Assembly: GCF_048593235.1 (NCBI RefSeq)
Contig: NC_133617.1
Span: 633,372,958-633,436,957, forward strand
Reading direction: 5' to 3'
Origin: Sminthopsis crassicaudata
Taxonomy: Eukaryota
Length of the DNA: 64,000 nucleotides
In this document: positions 48,926-62,150 of the stretch, in pieces
Position numbering within the stretch: position 1 is the stretch's first letter
Layout: every line of letters starts with the position of its first letter
Notes under the pieces: generated by a model
What the model was told of the DNA's origin: nothing
The model's database searches: none
What the model saw: the letters and a program-made list of their open reading frames with translations, nothing else
Position numbers and translations under genes: made by a program

Positions 48926-51900
48926 GAAAATAAGAGAGGTTGAAGAAAAAAATGACAAAAGAAATGAGAGGTATACAAAATAGAGTCAAGAGTTTGGAAA
49001 AGGAAGACAATTCCCCAAAAAATACAATTGGCCAAATGCAAATACATATATATGTATATATACTGAAGAAAACATCTTTAAAAGCAGAATTAACTAAATG
49101 GAAAAAGAAGTACAAAAGCTAACTGAAGAAAATCACATATTAAAAGGTAGAATGAGGTAAATGGAAGCTAATGATTATGAAAAATGAACAATCTGTCCAC
49201 AAAGTATGAAGAAGGAAAAAAGGAAAGAAAATGTGAAATACCTCATTGGCAAAATAGTCAACCTGAAAATAGATCCAGAAGAGACAATTTTAAAATTATT
49301 GTTTTACCTGAAGGCCAAGACTAAAAAAAATATCTGGATAGCACTCTTCAAGAGATCATCAAGGAAAACTTCGCTATTCTAAAATACTCATTGAAAGAAT
49401 CCCTTGATCACCTTTGGAAAGAGATCCCACAAAGAAAACCCTAAGGAATATAATTGCAAAATTCCAGAACTACAACTACAATCTCAAGGCAAAAATATTG
49501 CAAGCTGCCAGACAAAAACAATTCAAATGTCAAGGAGCAACAGTCAGGATTACCCAGGATCTGTCATTTTCTACAATAAAGGATTAAAGGTCCTGGGATA
49601 TCATATTCTGGAAGGCTAAAGACTTAGGGCTGCAATCAAGAATATAACTACCCAGCAGGATTGGGCATGATCTTCAAAGGAGGCAATAAATCTTCAATGA
49701 AGTAAGAACCTTTCAGTCATTTCTATTGGGAAAAAAAAGAGAGAAGTAAACAGAAAATATAATTTGCAGACACAGCACTTAAGAGAAACAGAGAGAGATA
49801 AACAAGGGGAAAATATATATTATTTAAAGGTTAGACTGTTTACATCCCTAGATGGGCTATACATAATTCTTGAGAACAGTATCTATTACTGGGGCAGACA
49901 GAGGGAGGCATCACATGGACAGAGGGTGTACTTGTAAATGGATTCTGATGGGATTATATGAAAAAAAGATATTAAGGACTGGGAAAAGGTCTGTTCTGGA
50001 AGAAGAGGAAAGAGGAAGTATGCTGGGAATTATATCATATGAAGAGGCAAAAAAGACCTATTACACTCAGGGAGAAGCATTGTCTGAAGCTTGGTTTCCT
50101 CAGTGGGATTTATATCAGGAATGCAGGGATGGTTCAATATCAGCAAAACTATTACCACAATTGACATATCAATAACAAAACCAACAGAAATCATATGATA
50201 ATCCCAATAGATGCAGAAAAAGCTTTTGACAAATATAGCACCCATTCCTATTAAAAACATTAGAGAGCATAGGGATAAAGGGAGCTTTCCTTAAAATAAT
50301 AAGAATCTACCTAAAAGCTATTGTAAGCATTATTTGTAATGGAGAGAAACTGGATATATTCCCAATAAGATCAGGGCTAAAACAAGAATGACCATTATGA
50401 CCACTATAATTAAGCATTGTACTAGAAATGTTGGTTTTAGCAATAAGAAAAGAAAAAAAAATTAAGTAATTAGAATAAGCAACGAGAGATCAAAAGTATC
50501 ACTCTTTGCAGATGATATAATGATGTACTTAGAGAATCCTAAAAAATCATCCACATCCTTACTTGAAACAATTCACAACTTTAACAAAGTTGCAGGATAC
50601 AAAATAAACCCTGACAAATAATCAGCATTCTATATGTTACTGACAAAGCCCATAAGCAAGAGATAGAAGAGGAAATTCTATTTAAAATAACTATAGACAA
50701 AATAAAATATTTGGGTGTTTACCTGCCAAGACAAACCCAAGAACTATATGAACACAATTACAAAACACTACAAAATGAAGTCAGATCTAAAAAATTTCAA
50801 AATTATCAATTGCTCATGGGCAGACCAAGCTAATATAATAAAAATTACAATTCTTCCTAAATTAATCTATGTGTACAATGCCATACCATCCAAACTGCCA
50901 AAAATTCTTTTATAGAACAAGAAAAAATAATAAAATGTGGAAGGAGAAAAGGTCAAAAATATCACGGAATTAATGAAAAATATACAAAGGATGATGGTTT
51001 AGCAATACCAAACCTAAAACTATATTATAAAGCAGCAACCATCAAAATCATTTGGTACTGACTAAGAAATAAAGTGCTAGATCAGTGGATTAGATTAGAT
51101 ACTCATGACACAATAATCAAGGCTTATAGGAATCTATTTTTTTATAAATTCCCAAACTATAAACTTCTGGAATAAGAACTCACTATTTCACAAAAATTGG
51201 AAAATGGTATATAAGAAACTCGGTATAGCCCTATATCTCACACCTCATCCCAAAATAAGGTTAAAATGGATACATGATTTGGACATAAAGGATGATACCA
51301 TATATAAATTAGAAGAGCAAGGAATATTTTCTTTTTAAATCTTTGGAGAAGGGAAGTACTTATGCTCAAAGAACTAGAGAACATTATGAAAGGTGAAATG
51401 GACAACTTTGATTACATTAATTTAAAACATTTTTTTTTCAAAAACAAAACCAACAGAAACAAGATTAACAGGGAATTACAAAGCTGGGGAAAAATCTTCA
51501 TGGCCAATGTTTCTGATAGAGGTCTCATTTTGAAAATATATAAAGAACTGTGTCAAATTTATGGGAATACAAGTCATTCCCCAATTAATAAATGGGCAAA
51601 AAATATGAAGAGCCAATTTTCAGATAAGATTAAAATCATCTATAGTCATATAAAAAATGCTCTAAATCACTATTGATTAGAGAAATGCAAATTAGAACAA
51701 CTCTGAGGTACCACCTCATACCTCTCAGACTGGCTAAGATAACAGGAAAAGATAATAATAAATGTTGGAGGGTTTGTGGGAAAACTGGGACACCAATGCA
51801 TTGTTGAATGCATTGTAAAATGATTGTGAAATGATCCAACCATTCTGGAGAGTAATTTGCCCCTAAGGCTATAAAACTGTGCTTATCTTTTGACCCAGTA

Positions 51901-52429
51901 GTGCCATTACTGAGTCAGTATCTCAAGGAAATGATAAAGGAGGCAAAAATGTTTGTAGCAGCTATTTTTGTGGCAAAGAATTGGAAAATGAGTAGATACT
52001 AATCAATTGGGACTGGCTGAATATTAGTATATGAAAGTAATGGAATATTATTATTCTGTAAAAAATGATGAACAAGATAATTGTAGAAAGGCCTGGAAAC
52101 ATTTGCATGAATTGATGCTGAGCGAAATAAGCAAAACCAGGAATACATTGTACATAATAACAGCAAGAATGTGAGATGATCATCTATGAAAGCTTTTTCT
52201 CAGTGGTTCAGGATTCAAAGTAATCCCAATAAACTTTGGACAGAAAATGTCATCTGCAACTAGAAAAAGAATTTTTGAAATTGAATATAAATCAACACAT
52301 GCTATTTTTCTTCTTTTTTTCTGTTTTTTTTTTCCCTCTGTCTCATGGTTGTCCCCTTTAGTTTGACTTTTCTTTCCCAATATGATTCATAAAGCAATGT
52401 GCATTAATTTTTTTTAAATTAAAAAAAAA
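48926..52429 (+). mobile_element. Older L1, right half: rest of ORF1, internal deletion of the EN region, decayed RT/C-terminus, 3'UTR and short A tail
   Basis: Degenerate ORF1 to ~49800, jump to RT-region sequence at ~50104, tttgcagatgat (FADD) at ~50505, and tail aaaaaaaaa at 52421-52429. Confidence 0.9.
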
Positions 52430-53980
52430 TCCCCATTCTCCTCTTAGAATAATTTGAATACAGGGAGTGTTTCATTTTCTCTTTGAATCTCCATTCCTTA
52501 ATACAGAGTTTAACACATATAGTAGGTGCTTAAGAAATGCTTATTATTGAGGATTTGTTCCTTCAGGATATTGTATCCAAATAACACAGTAGAAATGATT
52601 GTGGATTTACAGTTGGAAGGCCTGGGTTTGAATTCTTAATTTTTTTCCCCTGGGTTTGAAACCTTATTGGGCATAATGTATCTAGAGAACATCAGGCAAA
52701 TAATTCCACTGCTCTAGGCTACAACTTAGCATCTTCATCATTCATCAAATGAGGGTGCCAACCACATGACTTCTAAAGTCCCTTATAGCTCAAAAAATAT
52801 GATCTTATGATCTCAATCCCTCTATGAACTCAACAATCCCAAAAGGTACTTCAATTTGTTATGATTAAAACCTCTACCAGTCTGTTTCCAGTTCCTTCTC
52901 ATTTAGGCTAGTCTTCAAATAAAGAAATAGTCTATTAAAAGATCCATATTCAAAGCTTATGTTCTACTGGCATGGCCTTTGAGGCACTTGAATGACTTCC
53001 ATGGAACTATGATGCATTGGTATAAGGCTTCAGTCCAGAATCTAGTGGTTTGGATCATATTTTCCAAGACAGGGTCATCCTTGGCCCATCTTTTCAGACT
53101 CCTATTTTATCAACAAATTATGTCTTTGGTTAGCAGCTGAGACAAGGCAGCAGCAAGCACTTGGTTACATAGTGACCAAGAAAAATAATTTACTAAGACA
53201 TATATAAGGTGAGAGATACAATATGTCTGCTGAAAGTAGCTTCAGCTCCCTATGAATGGCAGGAGGGCAGGAAATCCACTCTCTGCTGAGATCTGATTCT
53301 TCATTGCTCCCTATTCTTCTTACTTCCTCTAGCCCTTGTATTATATTTTTTCCAACTTTTCCAATTTTCCCAACTTCATATCTATAGTTCCCCACTTGAA
53401 ATTAAAAGAACACTTATTAGGCACCTAATAGGAACTGTGGTAGGCCTAGGAAATATACAGATTGTAAAGGACATAGTCCCTATCCTCAAAGAGCTTATAT
53501 TATTTTGGGAATGGGAGTTAAGGGATATGACTCATAGACAAATAAATATCATGTAATGTGGGTAATGATATGGACAAAGGAGAGATCCAGATAAAGTTGC
53601 CCCAAAATATGTGAGGAAAAGAGATAATTCATTTGGTAGTTAGGAGTAGGCTCAGAAAATATTTTAAGAAGGAATTATCATCTGAGCTGAGCTTTGAGAA
53701 AAGAAAAGAATGTACTTGAAGGAAGAAAATGTAGTCTCTTCAAAGTATCTTTTAGGCAAGGGTGGCAGCTTGTATGAATTCAAGGAACCAGATGATATAG
53801 TGCTGAATTATGTGATCACATTATAATGGACAAAGAGCTAGAAACCCCCTTTCAGAAGTCATTAGTCTGCTCCTTCATTTTACAGATGAGGAGACTGAGG
53901 CCAGTAATCTTAAGTCACACAAATAGTATCTGACACAGGATTTGGATCCAGATCTGTGATCCCAGAGTTAGTGTTCTCTA
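52430..53980. mobile_element. L2 3' end (+, 52430-52550), MIR3 (+, 52570-52810), L2 (-, 53400-53800), MIR3 (-, 53810-53980)
   Basis: Diagnostic ends and cores, e.g. ccctatcctcaaagagcttata and cattttacagatgaggagactgagg. Confidence 0.7.
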
Positions 53981-56900
53981 CATTAATATGGGGAATACAT
54001 TTTAATTAAATTTTAGGCACAATACTCTTCCTTTTCTCATCTATTTAGCTACTTATCTAAATATTATTATTCTATTAAATCCTAATCTTACTCTGAACAA
54101 ACTGGGTCATACTGATTTCTTCCTTCTCTAAATATCTATTATATTCATATTCAAAATTATACAGTTCATCACAAACTATTATCTAGTCCATGCATTAATA
54201 TTCTTTTGAGCATCCAGATTTTAAGCTTCCCAAGGGCAGGGACCATGTACAAGTATTTGGATGATCCTATAGGAGCTAGCATAACTTAAGGTTTAAGCAT
54301 AGGCTACAATCTTATATCTCAAGGGACTTGCAATTGCATGATATATGAGAACAGATGTGGTTAAAATCATACCGTCAACTATTGCACAATGATCTTTGCT
54401 AATGGTGGAGAAAGACCAAACATTCTAAATAGTACATTAACCAGTGTCATTTCTGTTGGGCTTGGAATGAAGCCTGAGCCACATGTTCACACGCATGCAT
54501 TTGACCTTATCTGTGTCCCCACTCTGCCTCACTTTTGGTAGCCTGGGATCCAGTTGTGCAGAGAAAGACTGATGACCAGGGGTCACTGCTGAGAGGTCTC
54601 AAAATACATTACATACATTAGAACCTCTGCATGTATGTAAACCTAAATATGTAAAATGTTATAGTAGGGAAAAGTGCTATAGCACTGGGTGGAAGGGTAT
54701 GACAATGACATGGTAATGAGTGGGAACCCACCACTTTTTTGTGCGCTAAAGACCTGGGCTTTGGCGGACTACTTTCATGCTTTATCTTGCTTTCTATCCA
54801 GGTGCAAGTAAACAACCAGTCTTCTTAGCTCCTATACAACCTTTCATTATGAAATATTTGTTCCAAATCATCATTATTTTGCCTCTATAATACCCATCAG
54901 GCTTGACAAGGTCTTTGCATTCAGAAACTTGAGCTGTTTCCTTAACAATGTTTCCTTCATATATAAAAACAAGGCAATGTCGATTGTGATTTGTATTTGT
55001 TTTTGTTCACAGCTATTCTGTTAATGTTTATAAGCTCTCGGAAGAAGAGATGGAAATTCTACTCCTGTCATTTTCTCATTTCAGATATGATTGAATAATC
55101 ACCCAAGATTAAGTGAGTCAAGTGGAAGTAATTGCAGGGGGACAAAGTGGAGGGGGGAGAGAGAAGGCTCATACTCTTCCATGTTTGGTTTCATTAAATT
55201 TTCTTCCAAGAGCAAAGGGTTTCTGCTTGCCTGAAGCATGACATGTTTCCAAAGAAAACTAGGAGCAATCAAAAGCCCTTTTGTTTTGCATTTCTCCAAT
55301 GAGAGGATTCTATCTGAGCTGTGCATGTTTATGAATCACCTTGCAGGGCCTTCCTTTGTTCTTTAGCAATCAAATGCCACAAAAATATGTTTCTGAAAAA
55401 TCTTGGCCAGAAGGAAAGATGGGGAGGATTTTTCCAAGAGGGTTAAGGTTAATTACCAGAACATTCCACTGTCCTCTACAGCACCTAGAGCAGTATTGAT
55501 TCTCAGTGAATTAGCTTATTGCCAAAAGGATTATTCATAATTACAATGAATTAACCTATTTTAGTTATTACAAATAACTTCCAATTGAGTTTAAGAATTT
55601 CTACTTTAGGGTATTTTTCCACAATGAAATTTATTAAATGACTGGCATATCATAAATAATTAATCTCCAAGTGATTTCTATTAAAACAATTTCCTTTAGG
55701 AACCTTTAATTTATAGAAAGAGAGGGTTATGAAGGATATCAGGCAATCAAAAAAAAAATGGCTGGAACTGATCTCTGGGTTAAAGATGGTTCACTTGGAA
55801 TTTTGAAATTAAGTGAAATCAGGAAACATCTAATTCGATTCTCTCCTTTCCCATATAAGGACATGGAAGTACTGGAAAGCTTGCAAAACTTAGAAAATTC
55901 AGAAACAGGTCTTGAATCCAGTTCTTCTGAATTTTTCCACTTAGATCCTACTTCTTCCTTTGTTTCTGAATATAAGATTCTTTCTATTATCAAAATGCCT
56001 ATTTGAGATACCAAATTTATTTTCCATATTATTTTCATAATATTATGTTCCCTAGGCCAACCCATGGTAATTTGTTTAAGAAATAACACTAGTATAATAT
56101 ATTGAAATGTAATACTATATTAAGAGACCTTAACTACCATATATCACAATATTTTTCTAAGAACATATGTTCTGAATTCCAGATCAGGATGACAAGAACA
56201 TACTCTATTGCCCTCTCACCAAAGTAGTGAGAGCAGGGATTTTTTCATCTCTAAGAGATTAATAATGAGCTTCTTCTCTCCTAAGAGTTCCATAAGGGTG
56301 AAAACTGAGGTGAAATGGGACAAGTGAAGGCTAATGGTTTTGAAAGTGGAAGCTGAAAGCTGAAGGCTCTCTGAGGTACTCTAGCATCCTGCTAAATAAG
56401 ATAAGCACTTAAAATACTGCTTGGACTTAGGTCAGCTCCTTCTTTCTTCCCCCTCCTCTCCTTTTTTCTCTAATCACATTCACTCATCCACCTGCTTCTC
56501 TTTCCATTGAAACTACCTGTTGCTTTTGATTAGGATTTCTCCACTTTAGAGCCTATGATAAAACAAAGAAATTTTAGATCTTCTTACTCTTTGGTCCTGA
56601 AGCAAGCATATAAGTTGTATGAAGTTTTCTAAAAGTTTCATGAAAATTAAACATAAACACACACACATGTACACATATGTACATCCCCACCCCCACACAA
56701 AATAAAACAAAAAGTGTGTGAAGAATGCAGCTAGACAGGCAGTTACCTGAAAAGTGATGTCAAGTTTTCATTGATCTACTCTGCTTGCTAGAGCAAAAGC
56801 TCAAATTTTAAACACTAACATTCTCCTTTTAATACTATTTGATTGTGAATCACATAATTCTATGACTTCAGAAGGATCAAAATTTCAGATGATGTCAAAG

Positions 56901-56999
56901 GATACACAGTGTGTAAAAATGGTGGTCACATATTGTTAAAGATGAATGATGCAGATTTGGACTAAACAAAACCACTGAAGGTTGTAGGATCAGGAAAGT

Positions 57000-57200
57000 G
57001 AATTAGCAATCATGTAATATCATACATTTAGGGCTGAAAGGGAGCTTCAAAGCCATCCTTGTTCAACTTTCCTCATTTAACAGATGTAGAAACTGTAACC
57101 AGCTTTGGTTTGCTCACTGTCACATAAGTCATAAACGGAAGAGGTAGAATTTGAACTCATGAACTCTTTCTCCAAAATCAATACTTGTGTCATTTTATTC
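57000..57200 (-). mobile_element. MIR3
   Basis: ggctgaaagggagcttcaaagccatc..catttaacagatgtagaaactg..gaatttgaactc. Confidence 0.75.
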
Positions 57201-57502
57201 TGCCTCCCAAAATGGAGGGAGAATAAGGGATTAAAGATGGTTAGCCTAAATGCTTCATTGACTTTAATGAAATTCTTATTTATTTACTTAATTTTCTTTC
57301 AGGGAGTAAAAAATACAATCAGGGTTTGGTGATTTGCAGGGAGGTCATGGAGCTATTAAGTTATCTAAAATCAAATTTGAATTAAGTAAAACTTGACTCC
57401 AGAACTCATGGTGTATTCACTGGGCTCTCTAGTTACACCTTAAACAATATTTAAATAGCCAGAGTAGTCCTCTAGTATTCTGGTTATCTAGATTCTATAG
57501 GA

Positions 57503-57717
57503 CAATGGTGTCAAACTCAAACAGAAATTGAGACTACTAAATCATACATAAAGAATCCTGAAGGCCACGCATGACAGCTTTAAAACAATCTATATTTTAT
57601 AGTATTTTTATTTATTTTGTTAAATATTTTACAGCCACATTGTTATCTGGTTTTGGGTTGTACCCAGGAGTATTGTGGGCTCTATGTTGCTTTCTCGCTC
57701 CATATCTGGACACCCAT
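57503..57717. mobile_element. hAT-type MITE, copy B (opposite orientation to copy A)
   Basis: Ends caatggtgtcaaac / ctggacacccat resemble a CAGGGGTGTCAAAC TIR. Internal homology to 41126-41295. Confidence 0.65.
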
Positions 57718-59529
57718 ATCCTAAGGTGCATTTATATGTCCTCTGCCAGAGGAATTGATGGAATCAGAATCTCTTGAAGTACTGAAAGCTACTTAGCCAT
57801 TAGCAACATTAGAAAACAGGAAGAGAGGAGGGGAAAAGAAAACAAAACAAAAACCATCTTTTATGTCTTTGCCCATCCTGCTTCCTCTCTTTATAAAAGG
57901 AGGAAAAGATCAAGCCCATATCAGATTTTCCAAGATGCTCATGATTTCAAGAAATACTAATTCCACCACTGGATTGCTCTAATTCTTTAGGGATAATGGA
58001 ACCAAAACTCATCTCTTTTAACAGATGTTGAAAAAGGACTGACAGGTGCATTTGGCTTTACTTTAGAATTTGAAAGATGCATGATTTTGTCATTCTGTAT
58101 CCCCTCCCACCCACTAACACAGATTGAAACATATCCTTTGCTTTGAGGAATCAAGAAATAACACTGAGGGCCATGCTTCCCACCAAATTTCAGCACTAGG
58201 AGAGAACTTCTTATCTCTTTACCAGTTTTACCATTAAATACTGTCCAAGATCTTGTGTGACAAGGTGAAAAGTGGGAATTCAGGTCATCAGATAGCAGTG
58301 AGAAGTACATCACTGAGAAAGGGATGGCAATATCATACATATATTGATAAGGAAGAGGGGAACTTGACCTGGTTGAAGTCATCATTTGTATCATGGATAA
58401 CTAGCCAACAAAGACAATTCATAAACTGGAAATAGCCTATATTTAAAAATTAATTATGTAAATTTTACACTGAAGTTCTTATTTGAATCATTCATTTTAA
58501 TTTTGCCTCCCCATCTTTTGTCATCTTGATGGTATTTGATGAATACACACTGGATTCCATGATCCAGTGTAGCAACAAAAATGTTAAAGAAGTGATTGTT
58601 TCTTCTTTGTATTTCAATACACAATACTTAACCGGATGCCTGGCATACAACAGGGGCTTAACAAATATTTGTTGATTGATATATAGAGCAAAATATATTT
58701 GCCACAAGCTTTTTAATGCTCTTGTGACTAAGTATTGCATCTTAATATCCCATTTAAGATAATAAAAGTAGTGCTACTATCCCCCTAGCTAAGATAGACT
58801 CTACCCTTCCCCCTTTTTTGGTCAAGACTCTAAAGAATGTTGGCAGCTGAAAGGCATGTGTGGAAGGGAATTTGTCTATTGCTACATTTGTAAAAACATC
58901 ACTTTTTCATAAGTCAATATTATTCTAAAACTGACATCAAGAACTTTACATTCTTTCTGAGTGGAAACTGATATACAAACCCAGACAATCAAAGGGGGAT
59001 TCAAGCTTTATCCAGAGAAAGCCAAACATTCAACTGAAGGATAGATTTTTTTTTAAAGCAGAGATAGGAAAATCAAAGTGGAATTTCTCATTGTTATTAA
59101 AAACATCCTCCTTTGCCTTTCATAGCCTGGTTAAGGGTCTATGAACACACAAAACAAATCTAAATGGTTCACTCCTATGATAGCTACCTAAATTCCTTTG
59201 GACAAAAACTGACATGAAATAATATGACCACACACATTCCACTCCCTCCACTCAAGCACATCATTTTTCTTTCTATCCAAATATTCTTGAGGTTTAATTA
59301 CTTCTATCCAATAATTACTTTCCCCCTCATATTACCACCTTCCTATTGTCTTTTGTTGAATTGATTTGTGACTATAGTTACTACCTATACTATACCTTTG
59401 CAACTGTGGGGATAGACATTGAGTTTAAGGTAGGGAGATCCATCATTCCCCTTTGTTTTAATTAGAAAATTTGACTGCAAACAACTGCATAGGTGCATGA
59501 TTCATTCATAAAATTAAGGTTTCCTAAAG

Positions 59530-59760
59530 CACCTAATTTAATACTCTCAGTTTACAGACAGGAAAATGAGTTCCAAAGAGGGAACTTGATCAACATCACA
59601 GAAGCAATAAGCACAACAGTCAGGATTTGAACCCACATATTACTCCAAATCCAGCACTCCAAGCAATGTAACATGCTGCCTCTCTTTGGTCCACACACCA
59701 TATACCTACTTCTAAAAGCAACTGCTTTAATAACATTTCTCTTGGGAGGCATAATAACTA
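59530..59760 (-). mobile_element. MIR fragments
   Basis: tttacagacaggaaaatgag..aggatttgaaccca. Confidence 0.65.
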
Positions 59761-61109
59761 CTACCTCATTAATCTCTTCTCTTCTTGAGTTATTTCCAAA
59801 TGGCAGGTGAAAAAAATATTGCTAAGCAATATGGAGAGAAACAATGGTAAGCACCATTATCAAGAAACCATTGCATGTCTACACAACTGAAAAAGAGACA
59901 GACAAATAGAGAGACAAAAGAGAGAAAGAGAAGGAGGAGAAACACAAAGACAGAGACACACAGAGAAAACCAACTGAAATCAATATAAAAACAGGACAGG
60001 AAGATTTTATACTTTCTACATAATATTTTTCTCAATTGTTTCATATTTTTATGGGAGAACTAGAAATCCTGATATTTAAATATATGGCTATTTGGTGACT
60101 TCATGGATTCATCAGTATAAGCATCCTTTCCCCCAGAGAGATTATAGCATAATCATGCCTTTTTTATTCTGTATGATCTTTCACCACAATCTTGTATAAA
60201 TTCTCCCTAGAGATCTAACCAGCATCCTGGAGGATTTATTTTGTGGTTTGAAAAAAAAATATTTTACACAGGCTGCTTAATTCCTCACTCTTGTTACAAG
60301 ATCAACCCACCTGACGTTCCTGGCTTTTTTTTTTTTTTAATGTTCCTGAAACTGTCTTTTATATCCTCATGTAGGTGTCCTAGTTGATAAGATGCTAATC
60401 TCTACTTCTACAGAATGTGTGATTCCTTTGTCCTTTGAGCTACTCACAGGCCTGATTCTTCAGATATTATGTTCAAGGTAACTATCAGTCCTAAAAAAAA
60501 GAGCTTTTGCCTCAAGGATAATTTGCTGAATGCAATATGATCCAGCCTGGTCTTCTCATTGTCTTCAATTTTAGGCCCATAGATCACTGTACTTTTGCAG
60601 TGCCTTTCAAGATATACATAGTACTGGACTAATTTAATGCACTTATTATTTAAAGTCATGCCACAATTTACTTTTTATCCACTTTGTTAGGCCAATCTCT
60701 TTCTAGTAACTCTGAGATGCACTGAGAAAATTTTGTAATGTTTTGGAACTAGATATAATTGGTATGACATCATCTATAAATAGTGCATTTGCAAAATCTT
60801 GCCAAAGAAATTCCAGGATTACAAAATATTTCAATAAATTTCCTGAGCAGATTGTGGATTGGGAAGGCTGATAAAAATTTTTCTATATGCCTTAAAAATT
60901 TAAAGTCTGGCATACTTTTGGTGCCTACAAGACAGACTATGGAAGCAAAGGGCTAAGGGAAAAGGTCTTTATCTTTCTTACCAGAGAGATGAAGTAGCTT
61001 GCCAATATCATCTAATCCCTAAACCAGTATTCTTTTTACATATGTACATCCTATCACATTCTAATTGCATTTCCTGTGAAGCAAGGCAACCAAACCAAGA
61101 ACATTAACA

Positions 61110-61440
61110 TTTGAATGACTGGAAGAGGAATTAGTTCTCTTTGGCCACAAGACTATGATAAAAAACAAGAAATTAGTTCTCTTTGGCCCAAAATTATGAT
61201 GATAAACAAGCAGGAAGACAGATATAGGCTCAATCTAAGGAAAAACTTCCTAACAATCAAAGTTATATCAAAATGGAATGGATTGTCTTAATAAATAATA
61301 ACTTTTTCCATTTCTGGAGATCTTTAAAAAGTTGGAGGACCACATATTAATCATACAGCTATGCTGTAGAAGGAATTCCTGCTCATATAGCAACTCAATG
61401 AATCTTAACATCCTTTCCAACTTGGAAATTCAATGATTTT
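61110..61440 (+). mobile_element. L3/CR1 3' end with an internal 42-bp duplication
   Basis: aggaaaaacttcctaacaat..aaatggaatgga..tggagatcttt..gaaggaattcctgctc..ccttccaact. Confidence 0.85.
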
Positions 61441-61959
61441 TTGAAACTTTTCTAGCTAAGTCTTTTTACCACTTATAAGACTTGGTGTATTTTTTTTAAG
61501 TTATCAGGCCTTCTAGAACCTATAAACTCAATCTTTGTGTTTCAATTCACTTCCATATATTCTATGCTCCATATTGCTTGTCCATCATAGCAATTGGTAT
61601 AATAACATTAGTTTTTATTATTTGAAATTACTTCATGAGACCCTGGGAATTGGGAACATCATTTTTCTCCAAATACAAATTGATTAAAGGAAATCTTTCA
61701 TTTGTTTTCTGAGAAGGGACTAAATGAACTATTCCTTATGAAGGAGAATATGAAAGAGAAGATTTCCCCTCTACATTCCATTGTTTAAATGAAAAAATGG
61801 AAAAAAAAAGTCAGTTAACTGAATGAATGATAAGTTATTTCAAAGGAGAATGGGGTAAGACCAATAAGCTATAGCTTTGAATGATCATTATTTCATTCAA
61901 GTAGGGAAACATCCTTTTTAGTATATCTTTGAAGAAAATCAGGGCTATTCCAGGAAGTC

Positions 61960-62150
61960 AAAATAAACATGCAACATGATGTAGTGGAAAGGCCACTAAA
62001 TATGGACTCAAGGGACCTGGATTACAATTCCTACCCTGCTGAATTTAATTTTGGGGCACTGACAATCTTTTTAGCCCTTAGTTGTTTAAAAAAAAAGTCA
62101 GATCATGTACTTCTAAGGTTATTTCCTGATCTAAACCAAAAAATTAGGAA
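61960..62150 (+). mobile_element. MIR3
   Basis: catgatgtagtggaaaggccacta..ggactcaagggacctgg. Confidence 0.65.

Noticed and set aside
43451-52380. Many 60-196 aa ORFs on both strands
   Set aside because: Fragments or antisense shadows of L1 ORF1/ORF2, not host genes.
55066-55120. 28-nt plus-strand segment between ttctcatttcAG and GTGAGT
   Set aside because: Very short, frame-shifting and stop-rich, with a weak donor context; likely chance.
56290-56560. Possible old LTR-like sequence
   Set aside because: No TG..CA ends, TSD or family motif identified.
57987-58394. 135-aa minus-strand ORF, one of the longest gap-free non-L1 ORFs
   Set aside because: No domain similarity, splice signals or codon bias that I can see; length is compatible with chance.
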